A DNA stretch of 54,494 nucleotides, taken from contig CAWKAR010000016.1 of assembly GCA_963847625.1 (NCBI GenBank), positions 1-54,494 on the forward strand. The letters are read 5' to 3'. The notes below the pieces were generated by a model. The model saw nothing but the letters and a program-made list of their open reading frames with translations. It was not told the origin of the DNA and made no database searches. The DNA is from a candidate division FCPU426 bacterium. GTDB lineage: Bacteria > Oederibacteriota > Muellerivitia > Muellerivitales > Muellerivitaceae. Numbering within the stretch: position 1 is the first letter of the stretch; every line of letters begins with the position of its first letter. Position numbers and translations under genes: made by a program. This document shows, piece after piece, positions 29,801 through 38,834 of this stretch.

Positions 29801-31234
29801 TAGGGTTTTAAAGGAGGAAATTTCGGAAGCCGCCGGCGCGGAGGATTTGTAGCGGCCCGCGGCCTTGAATTCGTATTCGGTTTCATCCTTCAATCCGGTC
29901 AGGTACAGAAGATGCTGGTAGGAGGGGTTGAGTTCGGTCACCACCAAGCTTAAACCGGCTTCCGCTCCTTTCATTCCATAATGAAGTTCCGAGGTTGCAG
30001 GTAGATCCGTGGTCCAAGTCACCAAGGCGCTGGAAGAAGTCACCTTTTTGATTTCCAGGTCCCGGAGGTTCGGAATGCGTTCCTTTGAAAAAGTGGATCG
30101 CAGAAGAGCGCCCTTGTTCTCGGTACACGCAAAAAAATATTCCTGGTAGTGTAAAAAGGCCCGGATGCCTTCCTCGTCGCCCGCATAGGCGGTCTTCCAG
30201 TCCCGGCCGTCGAGGGTCTTCAAAACTCTGCCGGAATTGCCCGTGCCCGCATAAAGCGCGTTCTCATACACCTCTAGGCAATAGATGTTGAGTTCTCTTT
30301 CGCTGTCATAAACCGTTTCCCAATCCAGGCCGCTTTGGGTCCGGAAGATCTTGACTCCCTTGGAACTGGAGATGCCCACGTAAAGGGCTCCGTTGAATTC
30401 CTTGAAGCACTGGACGAAAGTTTGCCCCGTCCTGGCTACTTCCGACCAGTTCAAGCCGTCGGGCGAGGAATACACGCACCCGTTGGGATAGGTACCAGCA
30501 AAAAGACGTCCCTGGAACTCGCCGAAGCAGGTGATCGCCGTCTCGCCCAGGTTTCCTACCAGGTTCCACTGGACGCCGTCGTAGGCGAATATTTTCCCGT
30601 GGGAACTCGTGCCCGCGTAGAGGCGGTCCCTGAAGGAGTGGAGAGAATGCAGGCGGTCTTCCCCCGTGGAGAAAGCTTCCTCCCACTGCCGCCCGTCCCA
30701 GCTAAAGTAAACCGACCCGTTCAAGTTGGTTCCGGCGAAAAGGGCTTGTTCCTTGCCAGGAGGGGCAAATTGGCAAAGGCAGTAAATTTGGGTCGTGTAA
30801 TCCCCCGCTCCATCCGGGTGGTTGGGAGTGGGGGTGAAAAATTTCGTATTGCTGTTGGTTACCCGGAACGTCTCAAAGGATCCTGGTACGACGTTGGAGG
30901 ATCTTAAAACCTGGTCGCGGCCGGAGGCAATGTAAAGGTGCCCCTTGAATTCGCACAGGTCATAGAGGATCGGAATATCATGAAATTGCTCGATGGTTTG
31001 GAAATGCGCGGGGGAGGCCGTGGAAAAGAAAAGGTCGACGGCGTTTTTCAGGTTATCCAGGGCCTCCTGGGAGTCATGGCCCTGGGCCTTGCAACCCGGA
31101 AGAAGGGGGCACCAGGCCTCGACCCGGTCTTCCTCGCGAGCGTCAAGCTCGACCGGCAGGTCGTAGGGAAAGTTTTTCTTGTGATTTTTGTCGGTTTTGG
31201 CCAAAGGGTCACCTTGAAAATGTGATTTTAACAT
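23825..31234 (-). CDS. 2469-aa multidomain protein: HicB-like N-terminus, beta-propeller, FN3/Ig-like repeats, carboxypeptidase-regulatory-like domain, FlgD/T9SS-like C-terminus
   Basis: AWCPLLPGCKAQGHDSQEALDNLKNAVDLF; LYAGT..G.I..S.DG..W blades; about 16 S.THP..WY..D.SG..GYY..DG.WYFHV..D.AGN repeats; YPNP..VYDSSG..WD. Start may be the TTG at 31204. Confidence 0.85.
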   Translation of the reverse strand: MLKSHFQGDPLAKTDKNHKKNFPYDLPVELDAREEDRVEAWCPLLPGCKAQGHDSQEALDNLKNAVDLFFSTASPAHFQTIEQFHDIPILYDLCEFKGHLYIASGRDQVLRSSNVVPGSFETFRVTNSNTKFFTPTPNHPDGAGDYTTQIYCLCQFAPPGKEQALFAGTNLNGSVYFSWDGRQWEEAFSTGEDRLHSLHSFRDRLYAGTSSHGKIFAYDGVQWNLVGNLGETAITCFGEFQGRLFAGTYPNGCVYSSPDGLNWSEVARTGQTFVQCFKEFNGALYVGISSSKGVKIFRTQSGLDWETVYDSERELNIYCLEVYENALYAGTGNSGRVLKTLDGRDWKTAYAGDEEGIRAFLHYQEYFFACTENKGALLRSTFSKERIPNLRDLEIKKVTSSSALVTWTTDLPATSELHYGMKGAEAGLSLVVTELNPSYQHLLYLTGLKDETEYEFKAAGRYKSSAPAASEISSFKTLPVAPPDVFSPTHPHPGKWTNERNIEIILYTTVPLTGFYYKLNDSRDFMLSPQTGVYSEERRLVLPLASEGTCYFHVVGVDQAGNIGTHPNHFAIGIDTEVLPPRNLASSTHPDPAKWVSNSSPLVAWEVPPDLSGVKGFYVKADHEPLTLPGPGECLFTTENRATLGPLEDGLWYVHIATQDEAGNIGMTAAHLPVRIDTQSPVPVPSSTTHPHQDRWYSNGRIEVILSTPPDLSGLAGYYYCADQEPETLPEPSSSRWTEGNKVLLSDLQDGVWYFHVRAKDRAGNISFRAGHHKFCLDTQALPPPRVTSSTHSDSSRWYCSRGVEVQWEEPFEHSSVEGYYYHIDREKDTVPNERTSLFTVLRSLFFEVADDGPWYFHVATKDKAGNLSRQAAHFSILVDTSAGKPFLSSPTHPDQTRWYTETRAVFRVNPPEDLSGIKGYSYQVGAAATLPDPKTSLFTEKSEFSVEIPEDGIHWLSVVCLDKAGNVGREPAIYELRLDTVAPKPEITSLSHSFGDKWYCSRNVALEWRTAPDLSGIEGYYYCVDREPETLLDPSNAPWMTENRITLSELEDGVWFFHLRAKDRAGNLSKQAGHFKFCLDTHANAPLNVSSPTHGEKGKWYNNRRVEIRWEDPPDSSGIDGFYYQFDRQPETVPNDKTAPLTDNKKAVFEASEDGRWFFHVTTRDKAGNLSREAAHFTFLIDTQVGKPALSSQTHPDQETWYSRTHAVIQLTPPEDFSGIKGYYYVFGEAVVLPDLKTSAFTEKNEIVLDVPDDGIHWLSVVCLDEAGNIGDKPETYQIRLDTTGPPPELFSLTHPSQDQWYGSGKVKMDWKDPRDLSGIEGYYTAFNRQGNWPVLLEEMAFTTERNTEILLEDDGIWYFHACSKDKAGNISTCARFKIQLDLSAAPSLIESPTHPRGKWRSASKPLFTWEAPPELSGVEGYFTAINQQLDMVPGPDNGEWTVKNSWEGPLLEDGRWYFHVTTKDKTGNLSREAAHYPILVDTRVDSPSLSSSTHPNQDQWYNRRQVLVQMNPPEDPSGIKGYFYNFGNAKVLPDSNTSIFTEEKEVKLDIPQDGVHVLSVVCQDGAGNIGKDPAVFQVRLDTFAAPPEISSPSHPNQDQWYGTSEVDLVLKDAPDLSGIEGYYSTLNRSEKWDANLSLMDYSLERKIRFTLAEDGVWYAHLCAKDKAGNVGPCARFKIQVDFKALPPIVHSSTHPTSQWRKESNAKFTWDTPPEVTGVEGYYITVDQCPDTVPGPDHGEWITANSWVSPPLVDGRWYFHAVTKDRVGNLSSEAAHYPILIDTTPPKSSLEPLPALLNRTQIRLEWDAEDTAGVKNFDLQVKVGREGTWSDWLLQVPERCAFFAGKDGERYAFRCRARDEAGNQESYSVDEMTATTLDISPPPPVHELTAEPRPGGEIGLKWVPVEDRTSGTDFYRVYRWMEGGTRQKISTDGEIRDGEFLDRDPSLEGKTVYYYCVQAVDKLGNEQMEGNKIAASLSVQGVGTPTVTSETHPLGEWSSQTTALLRWEAPGDLAGIAGYYFAVNQEPQGKLDLEGAVFQEQTKVELKNMTSGTWYFHLAAKDKAGNISDTAHFGLKLDAQKPTLPVLKSPTHPDPYCWYSTGKIRALLSSSSEFSGVESFYYDFDRKPDTRPAIQTSRNTTGNEVELAAPEAGVWWLHAVARNRAGTLSEPTHLRLQIAGSEMPPPVIASSTHPLGDEPADNFDPVFTWEDRHDGNFKPAGYVYKLSRDEADKLTQADSFTQDRGVQLTNVEEGVWYFHLAAVGENGEPGFLASCRKIAVRRLGKVQGTFLGKDGVTPVAGAKVGLAKGDQVEAETLTDSQGRFFFPTLGEGRYELRLYSEQFPPLKLKDLTINTDTCPLESVFTEDLGIYPNPTPPGPVRFYYFLKEDCDVTLEVYDSSGTLVDKTTEKKEGGSYAMTIWDAAGKTEGEYLYKLTAKNLTKSAMSRFAVKKFKIQRGSRELAPQPVS

Positions 31235-31383
31235 CCCAGAGAAAGGATGGGTATGGACAAAAAAGCCCCTGGAATAGGGTTGATAAGGCTCTTATCAACC
31301 CCTTGATTCCTCCTGAAAAAAGCCACCCTATGTTGGGCTTTAACCTGACTTTCGCGGCCGGTCCTCTGGATTTCAACAATTTG

Positions 31384-34011
31384 CTACTCTTCCAGTTTCT
31401 TTTTCCACTCTCCGAGAAGGTTGAGGGCCTGGAGGGGGGTTAACTTGTTCAGATCCAATTCTTTCAGCTCTTCCAGAACCGGATGACTGCCGCCTTTTCC
31501 GAAGAAAGAGAGCTGGGAATGGGGCTCCAGAGGAGGGGCGGGTGTCTCCTCGCCGGATTTGTCTTTCGCCACCGGTAGCCCGCTTCCCGTTTCCAGGGAA
31601 GCCAGGATTTTCTTGGCGCGTTCCACCACCAGTCGCGGCACACCCGCCAATCGGGCCACTTGGATGCCGTAGCTCTTGTCCGTACTTCCCTCCACGATCT
31701 TGCGCAGGAAGAGGATCTGCTCGTTCCATTCCCGCACCGCGATGTTGTAGTTTTTCACGTTGGGGAAGACAGAGGCCAGGCGGGTGAGTTCGTGGTAATG
31801 CGTGGCGAAAAGGGTCCGGGCCTTCAGCCGCTGGGCCAGGTGCTCCACCACCGCCCAGGCGATGGAGACCCCGTCGTAGGTGGAAGTGCCCCGGCCCACC
31901 TCGTCCAGGATCAGGAGGCTTCTGGCCGTGGCGTGGTTCAGGATATTGGCGGTTTCGACCATTTCCACCATGAAGGTGCTTTGCCCCTGGGTGAGAGCAT
32001 CTGAGGCACCCACCCGGGAAAAAATACGGTCCACGATTCCAAGTCGCATTTCCTTTGCCGGGACGAAAAAACCCACCTGGGCTAATAACGCGAGGAGCGC
32101 CACTTGCCGGATATAGGTGCTTTTCCCCGCCATATTGGGGCCAGTAAGAACCATAATTTCAACGCCCGCGTTCCCCAGGCGCGTGTCGTTTGGCACGAAT
32201 TGATCCGAACCCAGTATCCGCTCCAAAACCGGATGGCGGCCGTCTACGATGGTCAGTTCGCAAGAATCGTCCAATAGGAGAGGCCGCACGTAACGATCCC
32301 GGTCAGCCACCTGGGCCATGGAAGCAAAGACATCCAGTTCCGCGATGGTCCGTCCCGCCTTTTGCAGGCGGGGAAGATCCTTGGAAACTTGGATACGGAT
32401 TCCTTCAAAAAGTTCGTACTCCAGCCGGTCGACCTTTTCCTGAGCCCCCAGAACCTTACCCTCCATTTCCTTCAGCTCCGGGGTGATGAATCTTTCGGCA
32501 TTCACCAGCGTTTGCTTTCGGTGGTAGTCGGTGGGGACCTTCTCCAAATTGGCCTTGGAAACCTCGATGTAATAGCCAAAGACCGAGGTGTAGCGTACTT
32601 TGAGGGAGCCGATTCCCGTGCGTGCCTTTTCCTTTTCCTCCAGCCGGGCGATCCAGTTTTTCCCTTCCTGGGATCCTTTTTTCAGTTCATCCAACTCCTG
32701 GTTGTAGCCGGTTTTGATCAATCCCCCTTCTCTCAAGGCTAGGGGAGGTTCCTCCGAAATGGATTGTTCCAGCAACAAGTGGACATCCTTCAGGTTGTCC
32801 CAGGCTTCCACCCGATCCTTGACCCATTGGGACTTGAAACCGGAAAGAATCTGGTAGAGTTTTGGCAAAAGCGTTAAAGTCGTTCTCAGGGCGACCATGT
32901 CTCGGGCGTTGGCCGTGCCGCAGCCGATGCGCCCGGCAAGCCTTTCCAGGTCCGAGACCTCCCGGAAAAATTCCCTGAGCCGCTCTCGTTCCTCTCTTCG
33001 GGCCAGGAATTCCTCAACCGCATCCTGGCGTCTTTGGATGTGGGTGACGGAAGTCAAGGGAGTGATGAGCCATTGACGCAGCATCCTTCCCCCCATGGAG
33101 GTGGTCGTCTCATCCACCACCGAAAGCAATGTTCCTTCCTTGCTCCCGTCATTCATGTTTCGGACCAACTCCAGGTTGCGTTGGGTGGTAGCATCCAAAA
33201 GCATACCTTCCCCCACCCGGAAGGAGGAAAGGACGGAAATGTGGGATAAAACGCTGTGCGTTGTTTCTCTCAGGTATTGGAGAATCGCCCCGGCTGCTCT
33301 CACGGCCTGGTCCCGCCCTGAAAGTCCGAAGCCGTCTAAGGTCTTGACCTGGAAATGTTCTCGGAGCGCCTCCCGGGCCTCCTCGATCGAGAATTTCCAA
33401 TCCTCCAAGCGAGACTGTTTGGCGCCATTGACTGATTTGATCAATAGGTTCCATTCGGGCGCATCCGGTTGGCTTTGGGGCACTAGAATTTCGGCGGGGT
33501 TGAATTTGGTTAGCTCATTGGCTAGGACGGAAAATCTCTCCGGACCCTGCAGCTCACAGGCCTTGAACTCGCCAGTCGTCACATCCACCGCCGCGAGTCC
33601 CAAACCTTGCGTTGAATACGCAAGCCCTACCAGGTAATTGTTTGATTTCTCATCCAACATGGCTGCCGAAAGGACCGTGCCAGGGGTAATAACGCGGGAG
33701 ATTTCCCGTTTCACCAGCCCTTTGGCCAAGGCTGGGTCCTCCATTTGCTCACAGATGGCGATGGAATAACCCTGCTTGACCAACCGGGCGATATAGTTTT
33801 CCGCAGCGTGAAAAGGAATCCCGGCCATGGGGATCCTTTGGCCTTTGCCACCCTCCCGGGAGGTCAGGGTGAGGTGGAGGACACGGGCCGCGGTCCGGGC
33901 ATCTTCAAAAAACATCTCATAAAAGTCACCCAGGCGGAAGAAGAGGATTTCTTCTTTATGAATCCGCTTCATTTCCAAGTACTGCTTCATCATGGGAGTC
34001 AGGTCTTCCAT
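31384..34011 (-). CDS. mutS: DNA mismatch repair protein MutS
   Basis: TPMMKQY, FFRLGDFYEMF, TGPNMAGKSTY, STFMVEM, DEVGRGTST, FATHYHEL, SYGIQVARLAG. Confidence 0.98.
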   Translation of the reverse strand: MEDLTPMMKQYLEMKRIHKEEILFFRLGDFYEMFFEDARTAARVLHLTLTSREGGKGQRIPMAGIPFHAAENYIARLVKQGYSIAICEQMEDPALAKGLVKREISRVITPGTVLSAAMLDEKSNNYLVGLAYSTQGLGLAAVDVTTGEFKACELQGPERFSVLANELTKFNPAEILVPQSQPDAPEWNLLIKSVNGAKQSRLEDWKFSIEEAREALREHFQVKTLDGFGLSGRDQAVRAAGAILQYLRETTHSVLSHISVLSSFRVGEGMLLDATTQRNLELVRNMNDGSKEGTLLSVVDETTTSMGGRMLRQWLITPLTSVTHIQRRQDAVEEFLARREERERLREFFREVSDLERLAGRIGCGTANARDMVALRTTLTLLPKLYQILSGFKSQWVKDRVEAWDNLKDVHLLLEQSISEEPPLALREGGLIKTGYNQELDELKKGSQEGKNWIARLEEKEKARTGIGSLKVRYTSVFGYYIEVSKANLEKVPTDYHRKQTLVNAERFITPELKEMEGKVLGAQEKVDRLEYELFEGIRIQVSKDLPRLQKAGRTIAELDVFASMAQVADRDRYVRPLLLDDSCELTIVDGRHPVLERILGSDQFVPNDTRLGNAGVEIMVLTGPNMAGKSTYIRQVALLALLAQVGFFVPAKEMRLGIVDRIFSRVGASDALTQGQSTFMVEMVETANILNHATARSLLILDEVGRGTSTYDGVSIAWAVVEHLAQRLKARTLFATHYHELTRLASVFPNVKNYNIAVREWNEQILFLRKIVEGSTDKSYGIQVARLAGVPRLVVERAKKILASLETGSGLPVAKDKSGEETPAPPLEPHSQLSFFGKGGSHPVLEELKELDLNKLTPLQALNLLGEWKKKLEE

Positions 34012-34097
34012 ACCCAAACCTTTTGAGCCACAGATTGCACGGAGTTCACAGAAAAAGTCATATTGCTTACCACTTTACGCCCTTTTTCGTTTAATGA

Positions 34098-35315
34098 TCA
34101 GTCTTCAACGACGATGGCCTTTTCTCTAATTTTTCTCGATACCGCCTTCGCGGCTTTTTCCGCCGAGGCCCTGTCGGGAAAATTCCCCATCCGAACTTTA
34201 TAAATGGTGTAAGGCACCGCTTCCTGTTTTACGGTCACCAGATAGGGGTTAAAACCGGCTTTTCGAAGGGCTTTCCGGGCCTTCTCAATGTTGTACTTTT
34301 TTGAGTAAACGCCGACCTGGACATGGAACGGTTTGGGGATGAATTCAACAGCCGAGGCTGTTTTACCGCCCTCAGGAACCGCAGGTGCCACCTGAATCCC
34401 TGGGAATATTTGAGACCCCGCTTTTGGGGATGGGGTCGAGAGGACGACGATAGGAGGAGTTGGCGCTGTGGGGTGGGCTTCCAAGGGACGCGCAAGTTCC
34501 GGATGTCCCTTTTCCATTTCCCGCATTCGGGACTGTGCTTCCGCCACTTCGAAAGCCTTGGGATAACGGTCCACTAAATTTTGAAAAGCCGCGTGAGCCT
34601 CTTTCCAACGGCGCTCAGTTTCGTAAGTTTCGCCCAATTTCAGGTAAACCAGGTTAAGTTCGTCGTATAGTGGGTACTGGTCGAGGATTTTCAGGTACTG
34701 TTTCTCGGCTTCATTGTTTTTTTGCATCTTGAAATATGCGTTCCCAAGGCCCAGGGTGGCCTTGGGGGTCCAGGCGCTGTCCGGGGCATCGTGGATAACT
34801 TTCTTGAACTGTTCCACGGCGTCCTTATTCTGGTCCAAGGCCAAGAGGGACGATCCGTACCAATACCGGACTTCCGGAAGGTCAGCGCTTTTGGGGTGGT
34901 CCTGCAGGAATTCCCTGTAACTATCCGCCGCTTCCTCGTACCGGTCCGCCAAATAATATCGGACGCCCAGGTCCTTTTGGGCTTCCTCTCCCTGGGGAAG
35001 GTTGGCATATTCCACTGCCAGGGTCTTGAACTCGGAAGTCGAGATAGTGAAATCCTCTTGCAACCGGGCCAATAGCAGGCGAGCCTGGGGGATGAATTTT
35101 TCCATAGGATGCTTCGCCACCAGTTGGTTGAGCAAGTCCTTGGCTTTCTTGAATTTTTTTTCATTGAAATACCTTTGGGCCTGGTCGAAAAGGGATTGGC
35201 TGTCTTCTGCGGACGCGACAGTGATACCCGCTGGTTCGATAGCCGCACCCCAGAACGGATTGGAAAAAAACCATCCAGAAAAAGTCAAGAAAGCGAATAA
35301 GGCTTTGCGTTTCAT
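34098..35315 (-). CDS. exported TPR protein with C-terminal SPOR domain
   Basis: Signal peptide; BamD/CpoB-like TPRs; FHVQVGVYS...YKVRMGNFPDRASAE. Confidence 0.85.
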   Translation of the reverse strand: MKRKALFAFLTFSGWFFSNPFWGAAIEPAGITVASAEDSQSLFDQAQRYFNEKKFKKAKDLLNQLVAKHPMEKFIPQARLLLARLQEDFTISTSEFKTLAVEYANLPQGEEAQKDLGVRYYLADRYEEAADSYREFLQDHPKSADLPEVRYWYGSSLLALDQNKDAVEQFKKVIHDAPDSAWTPKATLGLGNAYFKMQKNNEAEKQYLKILDQYPLYDELNLVYLKLGETYETERRWKEAHAAFQNLVDRYPKAFEVAEAQSRMREMEKGHPELARPLEAHPTAPTPPIVVLSTPSPKAGSQIFPGIQVAPAVPEGGKTASAVEFIPKPFHVQVGVYSKKYNIEKARKALRKAGFNPYLVTVKQEAVPYTIYKVRMGNFPDRASAEKAAKAVSRKIREKAIVVED

Positions 35316-35397
35316 TTTTCCTCCGCAGCTTGAAATTTAGATACTTCGCAGAAAGAAATCCGAACTCCGGTTATCAACCATGACTAGTCCGTTGCTT

Positions 35398-36774
35398 TCA
35401 TCGGCTCGAAGTAGGAACTTCCGATCCCGTTAGGACTCCCCCGTATAAATTGGCCACCTTGTGGCTTTCAATACGCACTTGGACCCTATCCCCACTTTTA
35501 AAAATCTTTCCCGGGAAAACCACCGTTCGGTTCTGCCGGGTTTTTCCATAAAAGGCCTCCGGTGTCTTATCCGCAGGTCCTTCCACCAGTACTTCTTCGG
35601 TTTTCCCGATCCTGTTGTCACAACTCAGGGAAGTGTGTTTCCACGCCAATTCATTAAGCCGTGCCAGTCTTTCATCTTTCACTTCTTCCTTCACTTGGTT
35701 CAACATTCGGGCGGCCGGAGTGCCCGGCCGGGAAGAGTATTTGAAACTGTAAACGAGGTCATACCGTACCTGGTCCAGTAACCGGAGGGTGCCCTTGAAA
35801 TCTTCCTCCGTCTCGCCGGGAAAGCCAACGATTAAGTCGGTCGTCAGGGCCAAGTCCGGAATGGCCAATCTTAGCTTTCGAACCCTTTCCAAGTAATGGG
35901 CCACACTGTATTTGCGGTTCATGCGCTTCAAGACCGTGTCGGACCCGCATTGGACCGGCAGGTGGATCATCTCACAAACCGAAGGTGTGGAGGCCATTGT
36001 TTCAACCAGTTCATCGGATAAATCCAATGGGTGGGAGGTCATGAAACGCACCCTTTGAAGACCTGGTATTCCACCGACCCGCCGCAGCAATCGGGCGAAT
36101 GTAACGGGCCTGGAAGGGGAATGGAGCCCCCACCCATAGGAATTGACGTTTTGGCCTAGGAGCATGATTTCCTGAACCCCGGCTGCGACCAGCCCTTCCG
36201 TCTCCTGAAGAATTTCATCCTCGGGGCGGGAAACTTCCCGGCCCCGAGTGAAAGGGACCACGCAGAAGGTGCAGAACTTGTCACACCCTTTCATGATTTC
36301 CAAGAAAGCTTTGTGGGGCTGGGATAGCCTATCCGGATTGTTCTTTGGAAAATAAAAGGGATCAAAATCGGCCAGAACCTGGGGTGCCGCCCCATGGGCG
36401 GCCTTTTCAATGGCCCCCGGAGTTTTTAGACACTGGTCCGCCCCTAAAACCAAATCCAGGAGGGGTACTTTCTTAAAAAGCTTGTCTTTGTAGCTGGTGG
36501 CCATGCACCCTAGCACGCCGATAACCCGACCTTTTTTACCGCTTTTCCACTCGCCCAATTCCCCAAGCCTGGAAAAGACTTTGTGTTCCGCATGGCGCCG
36601 AATGGAACAAGTGTTGAAAAGGATCACATCCGCTTCATCTTCCAGTTGGGTCATTAAGTAATTTTTGTCCCTGAGGATATTCATCAAATAGTCGGATTCC
36701 AGGACATTGGATTGGCAACCGAAAGTTTCCAGAAAAACCTTTTTCTCAATCATTTCAGGGTTCGGGATTTTCAT
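35398..36774 (-). CDS. miaB: tRNA-2-methylthio-N6-dimethylallyladenosine synthase
   Basis: TFGCQ, NTCSIR, LGCMA, GCDKFCTFCVVPFTRGRE, LLGQNVNSYG, C-terminal TRAM. Confidence 0.95.
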   Translation of the reverse strand: MKIPNPEMIEKKVFLETFGCQSNVLESDYLMNILRDKNYLMTQLEDEADVILFNTCSIRRHAEHKVFSRLGELGEWKSGKKGRVIGVLGCMATSYKDKLFKKVPLLDLVLGADQCLKTPGAIEKAAHGAAPQVLADFDPFYFPKNNPDRLSQPHKAFLEIMKGCDKFCTFCVVPFTRGREVSRPEDEILQETEGLVAAGVQEIMLLGQNVNSYGWGLHSPSRPVTFARLLRRVGGIPGLQRVRFMTSHPLDLSDELVETMASTPSVCEMIHLPVQCGSDTVLKRMNRKYSVAHYLERVRKLRLAIPDLALTTDLIVGFPGETEEDFKGTLRLLDQVRYDLVYSFKYSSRPGTPAARMLNQVKEEVKDERLARLNELAWKHTSLSCDNRIGKTEEVLVEGPADKTPEAFYGKTRQNRTVVFPGKIFKSGDRVQVRIESHKVANLYGGVLTGSEVPTSSR

Positions 36775-36985
36775 TTTTTCCTTGCTTTTTTCACAGCCAA
36801 ATAGACATTTCTAGTTGGTTATTAGACGTATGGTAACTTGTCCAATAAATTTCATAAAAAATCAAATTAAGAGGAAAGATAAGTTTCGCCTCACCAAATG
36901 AAGCGGAATTTTTTCCACTCTCTTTAAAAACCAACCGAAGTCGATATAAATAATCCCCGGGAATGGTAAAAATATATCTTGGACA

Positions 36986-37276
36986 TTAATGGCGAAGGAT
37001 TAAGAGAGCGGCAAAGAGAGCGAATAAAATCACACCGAATCGGAGTATCCACCTCGCTGTGTTCGGGGTAAAAGCACGGCGATAAGCACCTTGGCTGAGA
37101 AGCTCCTCCAAGCGCGGATCACCCCGCCAACTGAACACCTTTCCCTCCCGGTCATAAACCAGTGGAAGGCTGGCGCCGCATGCGCCGCAAATGCGATTCT
37201 CGGGAATATTTTTAGCCCCGCACCGCAGGCACTCCACATCCAAGTTTTTAGGTTGAGTTGAAAGGTCTAAAGCCAT
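36986..37276 (-). CDS. zinc-ribbon protein with C-terminal TM
   Basis: CLRCG..N....RICGACGASL; hydrophobic C-terminus. Confidence 0.75.
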   Translation of the reverse strand: MALDLSTQPKNLDVECLRCGAKNIPENRICGACGASLPLVYDREGKVFSWRGDPRLEELLSQGAYRRAFTPNTARWILRFGVILFALFAALLILRH

Positions 37277-37446
37277 TCCATTCCCTAAATATCGAATTTT
37301 AATTGCATAAGAGTCTGCCGAATAATCCGCTTTTGGACTTTTATAGCTTCAAAATCCAATAAAAGCGAAGATCATGTCTTTCAATATTGAATGGCACAAC
37401 GGTCTCTTAGAATAACATTATTCAATCTTAAAATAAGATTTCCGAA

Positions 37447-38703
37447 TTATTTGAGCCCGGCGAGCTTGTTGAGGATCATCACAATTTTTCGAGCTTCCTC
37501 CGGCATTTTTTTCTGAGTGAGGACAGTTTGCAGCTTTTTGTAGGTGTCGACCAAATCCTGCTTTTTCCCCATTTTGAGAAATATTTCTCCCTTCTTTTTG
37601 AGGGCATCCAAATTGTCTGGATCCGGTCCCAAGATGGAATCCAGGAAAACAAGGGCCGCATCCGGTTTATTCTCCGAAACAGCGGTATTACAAAGGTTCA
37701 AATAAATTTGAAAAGCCTCAGGCCTTTTTCCCAACTGGAGGAGAATTTTCGCCTGGTGGGATATCAGCTTGGAGTCTGTGGGTTTGAGGGAAAGAAGGGC
37801 GTTCAAGTAACCGCTGGCCGCAGGCCAGTCTTTTATGTCTTCAGAGAGGTTCAATAGTTGTTCCAGAATGTTCTCATCCATGGAATTGATAGCCAGGAGT
37901 TCGTCGAGAACAGCTTTGGCTTCCTTGGGCCGCCTCAGGGCCAGGAGAATTTTCGCGTAAAGGGGTTTGAGGTCCTCGCGGCCGGTCTGAAGGGCCGTTT
38001 GAGCCGCTTGGATGGCTTCCTCGTATTGGCCTAAGTCGAATGCGGATTGGGCCAATTGAGCGTAATATTTCGGCAGGTTTTCCGTGTCACCCATTTTTTC
38101 GGCCAAAATGGCGAAAAGACGCAGGGTGTCCATACCTTCCGGATCCATGAGGGAAATTCGGTTGGCGTATTCTTGGGCCAATCCCAGCCTTCCCTCCGAA
38201 AGATGGATATCGGCGATGGCTTTCAATTGCGCCGCCGCTTCCGATACTTGGGCGTTCTCCAGAAAAAGATTTGCCAGCTTTTCCCGGTAGGAAAAATTGA
38301 TTGGTTCAGCCGCAATGAGCTGGCGGTAGTACGTCACCGCCTCCTCCAATTTCCCATTAGCGACCAAGCCATCGGCCTCCTGGGTCTTGGTAAAGGAGTT
38401 GAAAAGCTTCCTTAATTTCGTGTCCATCTTGTCCGAGGACAAGCGGTTGATTTTCTTCTCAATGGTTGGAATCTTGGTAAACATGCCCTGGCGCTCGTAA
38501 AATTCCTTGGATTTCAGGTAAGCTTGGAAAGCGTCGGCATGGTCCTCCTTTTTGGCATATGCGTCGCCGATCATATTGTAGATATGGGCGTCCTCCGGAT
38601 CGATCGCAAGGAGTTTTTTATATTCCTCGATCGCCCTGTACCATTCCCCACTTTGGACATAGAGGAACGCCATCTTGACCAGCATCGATTTGTCTTCGGC
38701 CAT
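37447..38703 (-). CDS. cytoplasmic TPR-repeat protein
   Basis: Repeated A...Y..LL..DP TPR patterns throughout. Confidence 0.85.
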   Translation of the reverse strand: MAEDKSMLVKMAFLYVQSGEWYRAIEEYKKLLAIDPEDAHIYNMIGDAYAKKEDHADAFQAYLKSKEFYERQGMFTKIPTIEKKINRLSSDKMDTKLRKLFNSFTKTQEADGLVANGKLEEAVTYYRQLIAAEPINFSYREKLANLFLENAQVSEAAAQLKAIADIHLSEGRLGLAQEYANRISLMDPEGMDTLRLFAILAEKMGDTENLPKYYAQLAQSAFDLGQYEEAIQAAQTALQTGREDLKPLYAKILLALRRPKEAKAVLDELLAINSMDENILEQLLNLSEDIKDWPAASGYLNALLSLKPTDSKLISHQAKILLQLGKRPEAFQIYLNLCNTAVSENKPDAALVFLDSILGPDPDNLDALKKKGEIFLKMGKKQDLVDTYKKLQTVLTQKKMPEEARKIVMILNKLAGLK

Positions 38704-38734
38704 TTGCTTTCCTTAATCGGCTGATGGGAGAGAC

Positions 38735-38778
38735 AAAAAAAGGCCTTCACGCGGTTTTTCCCAATCGCCTTGAAGTCT
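38735..38778 (-). terminator. possible intrinsic terminator after the cyclase
   Basis: Imperfect stem (CTTCA..GCG / CGC..TGAAG) followed by a T7 run on the minus strand. Confidence 0.4.
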
Positions 38779-38834
38779 CTTATTTTAACTCCTTTAGGTT
38801 GAAAAAAAAGAAGAGAGTCGATTTCAATTGCGCC

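Noticed and set aside
34025..34052. CCACAGA..CACGGA..CACAGA short repeat, and a CTTCGAC..GCTCAGG motif near 23753-23782
   Set aside because: Resemble small dispersed intergenic repeats, but there are too few copies in the window to support a family
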